DNA of 48,271 nucleotides from Octopus bimaculoides (Eukaryota): NCBI RefSeq assembly GCF_001194135.2, contig NC_068987.1:68369183-68417453 (forward strand), given 5' to 3'. The notes under the pieces are model-generated. The model had not been told where the DNA came from and did not search any database. It saw only the letters and a program-made list of their open reading frames with translations. Shown here piece by piece: positions 1-10,305 of the stretch. Position 1 is the stretch's first letter. Every line of letters begins with the position of its first letter. The position numbers and the translations under genes were made by a program.

Positions 1-1362
1 TACATACATATATATATATATATATATGTATGTATATACATATATAATATATATGTATATACATATATACCTACGTATATATATACATACATATATATAT
101 ATATATATATGTATGTATATACATATATAATATATATGTATATACATATATACCTATGTATATATATACATACATGCATACATATATACATACATATATA
201 TATATATATATATATGTATATGCATAGATATATATATATATGTATGTATGTATGTATGCATATGTACGCTTGTATGCACGAAAAGTGCATGCTTCTGCCT
301 GTATCTGTGTGGGTATCTCTGAAAGCTTTTTAAAGCATGTAGGGTAAGGTTTGGAAAGGATTGTGAGATTCAAGTGATTGAAATAGAGAGCGTCTTTCAA
401 AAACATAGACCTTATGATATTGTGCATAGAAGAGAAAAGAAAAAAGAAAGAATAGAAAATCATCAGACACAAGAGAGATTGATAGAAAATGCCGAAGAAG
501 GATGAAAGTGAAATATTTGTAAAAATGTAAAAAAAGAAAACTGAACATCTCCAGAAATAAATTGAAAAACAAAAGAAGCCAACATATTAAAATAAAGAAC
601 AAGTTGACTGACAGGACGTATGGAAACTAATGAGAATGAGTGATGGGAATGAAGAAATATATATATATGTCCGGGGTAAAACGACAGTAAAAGAAACGAA
701 TCACTATATAAAGAGTGCGAAGGGAACGAAAGGGGCCCGATTGAGAATAGTGTGTATAAACTTATATTCTATATAAACTCACATTTCACACATATATGCA
801 CATATGTTTATGTTTATATGCATGCGTATAGGGCATACATAAATTTATACATAGATGAGAATATATATGTATATTATATATGTATGTATGTATGTATGCA
901 TTTACATATACATACACGTATATATATATATATNNNNNNNNNNNNNNNNNNNNNNNNNNNNNNNNNNNNNNNNNNNNNNNNNNNNNNNNNNNNNNNNNNN
1001 NNNNNNNNNNNNNNNNNNNNNNNNNNNNNNNNNNNNNNNNNNNNNNNNNNNNNNNNNNNNNNNNNNNNNNNNNNNNNNNNNNNNNNNNNNNNNNNNNNNN
1101 NNNNNNNNNNNNNNNNNNNNNNNNNNNNNNNATATATACATACATATATATATATGCATATATATATATACATATATACATATGCAAATATATGCATATA
1201 TATATATATATATATATATACATACATACGTATATATATATGTATGTACACGCATACATATGTACATGTAGATATATTTATGTAAATATATATGCTTAAA
1301 TGGATGTGTATTATAGACAGACAGACAGACAGACAGACAGATATACAGATATACAGATATAC

Positions 1363-1419
<57 letters not shown>

Positions 1420-1438
1420 TATAGATAGATAGATAGAT
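1..1438. repeat. Dense (TA)/(TACA)/(GACA)/(GATA) simple repeats around N-gap 934-1131 (unique sequence at about 290-780)
   Basis: Direct reading. Confidence 0.9.
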
Positions 1439-1601
1439 ACACTATTATACAGTTTATGTAAGGCAGGTTGAAATGCTTACCGAGTAGAATAATACCTGAA
1501 ATTAGAAGCATTCCAACTTATATTTCTCTATAGAGTACAATGACAAGTCTTATTTAGGATACATATAACATCGCCGGTTTATTTTACTTTATTTACCCCA
1601 G

Positions 1602-1787
1602 GTTGCTCAATCTTTTACAAACCCCTTGAGGATGACTATTCTTTATAGTGCAGCTTATCCTGTTTCTATGAACCCTCACTCAAGACGTTGGCTCTTTGTT
1701 TCGGTCCATGACAAAATCGCAGTAGCCCCGGAAAGGGCTTTAATACATTCCCAAAGTATACAGATTTTAGGAGAAAATACTAATAAG
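1602..1787 (+). CDS. Candidate internal coding exon (phase 0-0, 62 aa), product unknown
   Basis: Acceptor ttttactttatttaccccAG and donor AAG|gtatgt. 186 nt with a single open frame: VAQSFTNPLRMTILYSAAYPVSMNPHSRRWLFVSVHDKIAVAPERALIHSQSIQILGENTNK. The other two frames contain stops. Confidence 0.55.
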
Positions 1788-1884
1788 GTATGTATACTAA
1801 AATCGTGAAGCATGTTACGTAATAATCAGATATGAGATAATAACATTTCAAAGTAATTAACTCTGAAAAAAGCTTTTGTACGTT

Positions 1885-2338
1885 CCCAGAGAATATTACC
1901 CTCAGCAGCGCTAGTGTTGGTATATTCGTGAATAAGTCACTAACTGAAATAAGTGGATCTATTGTTTAGGAGATTACTATTTACTTGTTTAAGCGTTGTA
2001 TTGGATAAATTGAGAAAATAACTAAAATAGTTCAAATACTAAGAAATAAGCATACTGAAAATGAATGGGGTTTTTTCCTTTGGTAGTTATTTCCACGAGG
2101 GAATGTGTTATTTCCCTTGGAAGCTTAAATATAATTACTCCCACCATTCACTCACGCCCAAATATTATTCCTCCCGCCGTTTGCCCGAACATTTTTTCAA
2201 AATCAATTTATACTTAAAACCTCCCCAGACACATAAGCAATGTGCGTGTGAAGTTTAATAAAAATCTGTCGAGTCGTTTTGACGCAAAACGAGGACATAC
2301 CCACACACACACACACTTTCAGTTTTAATATGTAAGAT
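1885..2338 (+). mobile_element. Possible non-autonomous Helitron-like (Lep1/HINE-type) element; 3' part best supported
   Basis: The 3' layout gaagtttaataaaaatctgtcgagtcgttttg...(CA)n ctttcagttttaatatgtaagat resembles the end of insect Lep1-type Helitron derivatives (from memory). The 5' boundary is a guess. Confidence 0.3.
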
Positions 2339-2408
2339 TTAAGTCGTTTTATTTTTGAAATATACGAAACAATCTCTCAATGAATTTGATATTTTATCCT
2401 ATATATAT

Positions 2409-2786
2409 ATGTTAAATTTAAATTACGACAAACGTAAATAAACAAGCGAAGCTTGCTCTTAGAAACGTTGAGATGTCTTTTTTAGAAAGTTAAAGAAGTG
2501 ATTTTTAAATTCTCAATCGCAGAATAATGCTAATAATATAGCCTGAACAGGATAAACTATCCCTATTTTGCACAGAAAAGTGTAGGTGACTAGCTGTGGA
2601 CTCGGACTCACAACCCCGTCATTACATGTGGCGATGCTTTTGCCGATTAAGCTAAACTACCCACTACAAATTCCTCTGCAAATTAAAATATATAAATCTC
2701 GCTTTATGAGACGCTCTCATGTTAAATTCAAATTACGACAAACGTAAATAAACAAGCAAAGCTTGCTTTTAGAAGCGTTGAGATGT
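2409..2786 (+). repeat. 68-bp direct repeat (2409-2476 and 2719-2786), 310-bp period
   Basis: atgttaaatt(t/c)aaattacgacaaacgtaaataaacaagc(g/a)aagcttgct(c/t)ttagaa(a/g)cgttgagatgt; 4 mismatches in 68 bp. Confidence 0.9.
2588..2661 (-). pseudogene. Degenerate tRNA-Thr(TGT)-like sequence
   Basis: Minus strand GGTAGTT TA GCTT..AAGC (perfect D-stem). Anticodon loop CATGTAA sits in a CGCCA/TGACG stem. T-arm GTGAG TCCGAGT C-CAC, 3' acceptor strand AGCTAGT, and a TTTT run a few nt downstream. It carries several mismatches and an indel. Confidence 0.55.
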
Positions 2787-4105
2787 AATGTGTTCTCTCT
2801 TACAACCAAATGTTTATAATGTTCAATACCTTAAAAGGAGTAGAGCTTTTAATGAAAGTCAAGCATTTTATTTTCCAGAAATAAAATCTCATCTCTCATA
2901 AAGGTCCACAGAGTCCGGTATATCTTAAATTCTTTTGATTTTAATTTTAAATCAGAATTGTTAACTAAGTTGTTTCTAAAACTGACCTAGTTCACCGAGT
3001 TTTCACTGTAAGCAGTGAACCTCTTGAGCCTTCTCGCATTCGAGAATAAGTTGAATCCGTGCACATTTTTTATGTCTCTGTAGTCGCTCACTTTACCGGA
3101 TGGTTTGCGTCCCTTTCTGCACTCCAAACAACTGATTGTTTACGCAGTTCCTTCATTTTGTTCAAGTCATAGCCAAATCTCTTCGACATTATAAAATATG
3201 TTATCCAAAATCGTTTTAGATAACATATTTATGGAAGAACAACCCTCAAAGGAATATAAATTATTTCATCATTCATAATATTGGGTCAGAGCTTACAAGT
3301 CGTAAACATTAAAAAAAAAATGTGTTACTAATATAATATTCATTTGTATGCATTTATCTAATGATTAACGTGCGGAAGAAGCAAGTCGATACACCCACAT
3401 TCTACATAGTGAGCTTGTGCACACACATCTTCAAGAAAAGACACCAAGGATCCAGGCTATGGGAACGCAGAACAAATTAAGAGAATACACTAGCTGTCTA
3501 ATCACGACTCAGTGCCTGCTGGCACTGATTTTCTATATATCGCTAGCGAAGAGATGAGTCGCTGCTATCTCTAGCGATTAAGCGTACATAAGCGATGAGA
3601 TCAAAGAAGATCGAAATCACGTGATATGGTGGTCACGGTGCTGGAGTTAGTGTGGAGTTATCTCACCGATGGCGATATAAACGAACAAGCGTGCATTCTG
3701 CACCAAAAGGCTATAGGAAAGATTCTCTCGTGGTAAATACCGCAGTGACGTCTGTTCTAACAGAACATCCACGTTCAAGTGGAGATAAATATTACCTTTT
3801 GGTATTAATACGGCCTCTGTCGCTAATATATATATATATTTACGCTATGAAACATTCTTATAACGCATGCGTCAAGAATGTATTATGACGGCAAAAAGGA
3901 AAGAGCACTCAATGTCCGTAAAGTATGAGCTCAGATACGCCTTATATAAGTATATAACAAATTTAATATAACTAATTAGATATATTAAATATAACAGTTT
4001 GGGTATTAAATACAATATATATATATGTATGTATGTTTGTATGTATGTATGTATTTTATGTATGTATGTATGTATGTATGTATGTATGTATGTATGTGGG
4101 CCATT

Positions 4106-4490
4106 GTGGAGGCGCAATGGCCCAGTGGTTAGGGGAGCGGACTCGCGGTCATAGGATCGCGGTTTCGATTCCTACACCGGGCGTTGTGAGTGTTTATTGA
4201 GCGAAAACACCTAAAGCTCCACGAGGCTCCGGCAGGGGATGGTAGCGAACCCTGCTGTACTCTTTCACCACAACTTTCTCTCACTCTTACTTCCTGTTTC
4301 TGGTGTGCCTGTAATTCAAAGGGTCAGCCTTGTCACACTGTGTCACGCTGAATATCCCCGAGAACTACGTTAAGGGCACACGTGTCTGTGGAGCGCTCAG
4401 CCACTTGCACGTTAATTTCATGAGCAGGCTGTTCCGTTGATCGGGTCAACTGGAACCCTCGACGTCATAAGCGACGGAGTGCCAACAACA
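4106..4490 (+). mobile_element. tRNA-derived SINE family A, full length, inserted in (TATG)n
   Basis: A-box TGGCCCAGTGG and B-box GGTTTCGATTCC. Colinear with the copies at 10045-10305, 34343-34733 and 43728-44100. Ends gacggagtgccaacaaca and is flanked by (TATG)n on both sides. Confidence 0.9.
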
Positions 4491-4851
4491 TGTATGTATG
4501 TATGTATGTATGTATGTATGTATGTATGTATGTATGTATGTATGCATGCAAGCAAAACGAGAGGAAGCAAGAAGTGTAGACTTTCAGACGATACAACTTA
4601 CACAGAGTTGAAACAACGAAGAAAATTGAAATAGAAGAACATTTAATATATCTGATTTGCTTATCCGCATAATTGCCTCTATATCTGCTCAACTTGGTCC
4701 CTGTTATAACCATTCTTTACTCCGTAGAATTGATCCCCTGTTAAGTCTAATTTTGAATCATTTGAGCATTACTAAGTGTCTTCTATACTGAGAATCTCCG
4801 GACCTCATCTGTAGACCATATATATGAATATCGGTTGTATGTATGTATGTA

Positions 4852-5093
4852 TGTCGGGCATATGGAAGGGAGTGTGATTCAGCAGGAGGACTTAAACGAC
4901 ACGCAAAGGTACATGGAGCCCAATTACAACAACAGCCAGCTATTGCCAGTAAAAGTTTTGGATGCCAACTCTGACATTGAAGATCTTTGGGTGGGCTAAA
5001 AAGTCACATTCGATCACAGCACCGTTAAGTTAAGCTACGTGCAATGGCCATACTCGATAACGAGGGGGCAGCCATCATGTATGTATGTATGTA
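4852..5093 (+). mobile_element. 5'-truncated 3' end of an RTE-like LINE (two degenerate C2H2-like fingers, short 3' UTR, TATG tail)
   Basis: 4852-5028 reads CRAYGRECDSAGGLKRHAKVH...CQL*H*RSLGGLKSHIRSQHR*. This matches the C-x2-C-x3-C-x-S-x2-GL-x2-H pattern of RTE-clade ORF2 C-termini. It is followed by a ctcgataacgag hairpin and (TATG)n. Confidence 0.6.
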
Positions 5094-5802
5094 TATGCCA
5101 TTCCAGGATCTGACAATTTGAAAAGAAATTAGAGAATTCGAAGATAGATTTGAGAGTGAATAAATATTTAATCCATAATCGTTGGTCCAATAATACATCT
5201 TTTGTTTTGCCCATGGCTTTTCGGGAACAAAACAAAGGATGTTGGGCTAAGTTCACGATCAAAACTATGAGTTTGACATTTAGAGAAACAGTGAAGTAGC
5301 ATGAAACGAGCAAATAAAACAAGGAGAAAAAGTATTTTTCTTAAATTAAATAAAACATGTAGTTGAGGCGAATATGCTCATGTGAAGTTTAGATTCAGAC
5401 AGTAAGATAGACAGAGAAAGAAATACCTGAGAGAGAAAGATAGAGAAAGAATGTGAGGGTAAGACAGAGAATACATGCGTATTTATTCGTGGTTAAATAG
5501 GTGTTGAGTATATTAATTAATTTGATATTAATCTGTTTATATCTTTGAGCAACACGTCGAATCAGTGAAATCAGAAGCCACGATTAATTATATTAATAAT
5601 GTTGGGGGCGGTGGAGTGTTTTACATTCGTATTTCCAAAGAATATGTTGATACATAACTTTCCAAATGTTAACTCCAAATTATATTAGATTTCACACAGC
5701 CACACATACGTACATATATTTGTTATGGCGTATGCTTACAAATATTTACACATACCAATATGTATACAACATACACACACACGCACACACACACCCACAC
5801 AT

Positions 5803-5848
<46 letters not shown>

Positions 5849-6184
5849 ACACCCACACATGCTTTCGTATTTCCAGTATAATGACATTATGCATCCATGT
5901 TTTTACTAGTCTTCTCTGAATAGATGTGTGTCGTAAAGCTGGCCGATTTGTAGGAATGCACCAATATATATATATATTCTCTGCTTCAGAGAATTTATCC
6001 TTATTGTAGTTCATTCCGAACGTTGCCCCAGATATGTACACACACGCGCGCAAACGCACATTTACGCACATACAGACTCACACACAGACTTGTGTGTGTA
6101 TACATATATATAGAGAGAGAGATAGAGAGATAGATAGATAGACAAATAGTTAGTTAGTTAGATAGATAGATAGATAGATAGATA

Positions 6185-6227
<43 letters not shown>

Positions 6228-6615
6228 CGATCGATTAAATGATTGATAAGCATATGCTGTCTCTCTTTCTCTCCCTCTCTTCCTTCAGCAGGTACATCGT
6301 TGATGTTCTATAAATTTGGATGTTTATGACTCCTCGCGAGTATGCATGCGTTTAAATTAACAGATGAAAGATGGTACTAACTACGAAGATATGCATGCAT
6401 ATCTATATTTTTATTGGATTAGACATGCATGTGACAAGTTAATTAGTTTTGTTCTGCTATACGGAAAAGCAGATCCTCCTTAACCGTATACTTTGTGACT
6501 ACTCTAACCCCTTACTAACGCTGTTGTTTCTCACTCACTATGCTGCTTTGTGTCACTAGCTACACTTTGCATTTATTTATCTAGCTACTTCACCTCATCT
6601 CTCCCTCTTCCATTA

Positions 6616-6886
6616 GCATGGTTTATTGGTTAGGGTGTTGCACTCACGATCGTGAGATCGTGGTTTCAATTCTTAGACCGCGTGATACATTGTATTCATG
6701 AGCAAAACACTTCATCTCTCGATCACTTCGACACCTGACGCATGGAACCTGTTCAGCCAACTTCAATTTAATGGAGGGACTGAGCTAATGTACAGCATAT
6801 ACACTTGATTACTATAAACAAATCATTTGTGTAGGTCGTACGGCAAAACCTAAACACTCATATGCCGTCTTCAACGGGAGAGTCCA
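6616..6886 (+). mobile_element. Diverged SINE with family-B head and a different 3' body
   Basis: Head ggttagggtgttgcactcacgatcgtgagatcgtggtttcaattc...gagcaaaacacttcat matches 12416 and 34285(-), then diverges (gatcacttcgacacctgacg...). The 3' end is approximate. Confidence 0.65.
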
Positions 6887-7387
6887 TCATACACTACTTG
6901 CTTATAGTTGATTTGCATTTCAACCCTGTCTGAAAATGCGATCGCTAGTTCCTATGCTCTAATGTATTGTAGAAAGTATATTTCAAAATTTGTAGTTATT
7001 CACCGATCTTGATTATCGAGTTCAGAAGCATTTGTAACGTATTAAATGAAAGAAATACCAACTTCATGCTCCAAGTTATTTTTCTTGTACCAAACGTGCT
7101 CTGCATTAGCAGTATGATTCTCAATAGGGTTATTTAACAGAGGGAGTTTTACTGCATGCGATCAAGGTCCGCAATTAATGCGGTATTTTATCGCACACCT
7201 AGCGAATCTATTTCTAGTTATAATATATGTTTGTTTGCTGTAGTTGCATGTGCCTGTCTGCGTGCACGCGCGTGTGTGGCATACGGATGATATACATCTA
7301 GATGCTTCAAGGGAGTTAACTAGTCCTTTTTCAACTGCACTTGGATTAAAGTTTTTACTCTGTTAATCTATGTTCTGTATTTTTCAG

Positions 7388-7492
7388 CTATATTCCGTTG
7401 TGCACAGCAATTAAAACTGTTTCTTCTGAGGACCACATGTGGCTGGAAAACTTAGCCTTATGCTATCCTTCGATGATCTTGAATTTTGATAG
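7388..7492 (+). CDS. Candidate internal exon (phase 2-2, 105 nt)
   Basis: Acceptor ctatgttctgtatttttcAG and donor TAG|gtgatt. Open frame YIPLCTAIKTVSSEDHMWLENLALCYPSMILNFD, with an in-frame stop just past the donor. Confidence 0.35.
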
Positions 7493-8022
7493 GTGATTGA
7501 CTGAGTGTTTCTTTAATCATTCCTATATATCAATTAGAGGTATTTCATAGGCTATGCTTGAACTGTTCGAGTGCTGTTTGGTAGATAACAGCTTTTGTTT
7601 ATATGATTCATTTGATAATTTACGTTGTTTCAATCAATGCAATCGCTGATGTTTTACAGAAATAAGTTTCTTCAGATAAGCTTTTATATCTCTGTGATAT
7701 GCAGTTTTGCGAGATTTGATGTGAAAATGTAATTCATAATAGACACCTGATCAACAAATCATATTTATTTATGTATTCGATTTCATCGCATATTCTTTAC
7801 ATTTTCGTTTTCTGAACATTCATATTAACGACTTCCTGTATCACGGAGCAGTTTGTTCAATAATCGGAGGCGTGAAACTTGGGGTGACGAAATTTGAACT
7901 TTCAACTTCATAGATATATTTTGTCAATTCAGTTTCAATATCGAGTACTTCTGTATTTTCTGCTTGTCTGCAAGTTCTCGCACGCGCGCGTGCACACACG
8001 TGCATACACACACACGCTCGTT

Positions 8023-8053
<31 letters not shown>

Positions 8054-8203
8054 ATACTTGCATGCTTGTGTGTGTGTGTGCATTGTTTCCCATGTTTTGC
8101 GTACGTTTAGAAATATGATTGAGATTTTTAGTATGCTGATATTTACTGGATTGCATAAATGCTAGTGTCAATATTGGTACTCGTATTGAAGGTGACATTT
8201 GTA

Positions 8204-8225
8204 GCAGCAGCAGCAGCAGCAGTAA

Positions 8226-8295
<70 letters not shown>
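8204..8295 (+). repeat. (CAG)n-(TAG)n compound microsatellite
   Basis: Direct reading. Confidence 0.95.
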
Positions 8296-8296
<1 letters not shown>

Positions 8297-8649
8297 AAGT
8301 GTCACAGTATATACAATCGTTCTCGTTTTGCTAATTGTAGTGGTCTGTGAGGATGATGGAATCATTAAGACATGGTTTAATGATCGTCCTGTCAACAGTT
8401 GTATTTTTAGTATTGGTGGATGTAATAATCGTGATGTTGTTGACGTTGTGGTCATTACTGAAAGTAGCAGTGATTGCTGTATCTCAGGTAGAGCTACTGA
8501 TAAGTTTGCTAATATTTGTGTCATGTCTATTCTAGTGGCTACTATGAACTCAAAGCTTCTTCCCTGCATATGTTTTCTATAATGGCAAGTAATTTCTAAA
8601 CAGCCTCTGCTGCCTGCAGAAGGAATGTTTTTTACAGTGTATGCTCTCT

Positions 8650-9164
8650 CTTTACTGTTTACTCTTTTACTTGTTTCAGTCATTTGACTGCGGCCATGCT
8701 GGAGCATCACCTTTAGTCGAGCAAATCGACCCCAGGACTTATTCTTTGTAAGCCTAGTACTTATTCTATTGATCTGTTTTGCCGAACCGCTAAGTTACGG
8801 GGACCTAAACACACCAACATCGGTTGTCAGGCGATGGTGGTGGGACAAACACAGACACACAAACACACATACATATATATNNNNNNNNNNNNNNNNNNNN
8901 NNNNNNNNNNNNNNNNNNNNNNNNNNNNNNNNNNNNNNNNNNNNNNNNNNNNNNNNNNNNNNNNNNNNNNNNNNNATATATATATATATACATATATACG
9001 ACGGGCTACTTTCAGTTTTTGTCTACCGAATCCACTCACAAGGCTTTTGTCGGCCCGAGGCTATAGTAGAAGACACTTGCCCAAGGTGCCACGCAGTGGG
9101 AATGAACCTGGAACCATGTGGTTGGTAAGCAAGCTACTTAGCACACAGCCATTCCTGCACCTAT
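8650..9164 (-). mobile_element. tRNA-derived SINE family C with internal microsatellite (spans N-gap 8881-8975)
   Basis: Minus-strand head ggtgcaggaatggctgtgtg...ccaggttcattccc, then ttgggcaagtgtctt, an internal (TA)/(TG) tract and the tail catggccgcagtcaaatgactgaaacaagtaaaag. Matches 15345, 20120 and 44424. Confidence 0.88.
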
Positions 9165-10044
9165 GCTATTTATTTTGATAGAATATTGGTCAGTATTGCA
9201 AACGCTTGATTCTGCTTCGTATCAGCTCTCTTTGTTACATTTTATTACAGTGGTATTTACATATATAACATTAATCGGAGCTTGACAAAACCGTTCATGA
9301 GATATAGAAAGGGGAAAAGTGTTTAGTTGTAGTGTGAGGAGGTTGTTCGTGGTTGTTATATCGTGGTGCTGGCTGATTGGCGCTACAAGTGAGAAAAGTG
9401 AATGTAGTTCAGGATAATAATTTTAAACATAGAAGCGAAAAGAGACATTATGGAGGCTTGGACATTTTACGCTTAATATAACATAGCCAGAGGAAAGTAA
9501 GCACCTCTTTCCTTTTTCAGTGACCCTAGAAAAGTGAGAATATGGTTGTAACTTATCTTGAAGTCGACAACTTGTCTCCGATGCTTGCAAAATAGTATAT
9601 TCCGCTAAAGTCACACCAAATATGGGTGCTGGTGCTAAAGAATGCTTATGTATCAAGTCTACTATTAAACCGATCATAGTACATCTCTGCTAGAGATGAA
9701 TAACGAAGATGCGCGATAATATATCAGTATTGTGGTGTCTTAGACCAATGCTGAAGATGTTCTATATAGAGAGCATATGATAAAAGTTTCGGAATGTTTT
9801 GATGAGTAGAAGTCACTGAAAAGTGCCTTAATATCATATGTAGATGACAGAAAACAAAGGCGTGAACACCTAGTGACAATGGGTTAATTGTACTGAATGA
9901 GAATCTGTAGAACACATGGTGTGAGAGGAAATATATTCGATGATCTGATTTTCATAATAACGTAATAAATGGAATGGAGAACAGTGGAAGGAAATGACCC
10001 ATGAGTGCACCGTAACCTGTGGGAAATGAAGAAGAAGAAGAAGA

Positions 10045-10305
10045 TAGTTCTCGGGGATATTCAGCGTGACACAGTGTGACAAGGCTGACCCTTTGAATTA
10101 CAGGCACAACAGAAACAGGAAGTAAGAGTGAAAGAAAGTTGTGGTGAAAGAGTACAGCAGGGTTCACCACCATCCCCTGCCGGAGCCTCGTGGAGCTTTT
10201 AGGTGTTTTCGCTCAATAAACACTCACAACCCCCAGTCTGGGAATCGAAACCGCGATCCTATGACCGCGAGTCCGCTGCCCTAACCACTGGGCCATTGCG
10301 CCTCC
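10045..10305 (-). mobile_element. SINE family A, 3'-truncated
   Basis: Near-identical to the 5' two-thirds of 4106-4490. Homology stops at gagaacta, next to (GAA)n. Confidence 0.9.

Noticed and set aside
4106-4175. SINE heads as functional tRNA genes
   Set aside because: They lack a proper acceptor stem and 3' end and continue into multi-copy SINE bodies
8168-8710. 180-aa minus-strand ORF
   Set aside because: Its ends are a SINE and a (TAG)n repeat, and the middle looks like degenerate trinucleotide sequence that is open in several frames. Splice sites are weak and no motif was recognised.
9505-9540. 13-nt microexon between tttttcAG and gtgaga
   Set aside because: Such motif pairs arise by chance and there is no independent support
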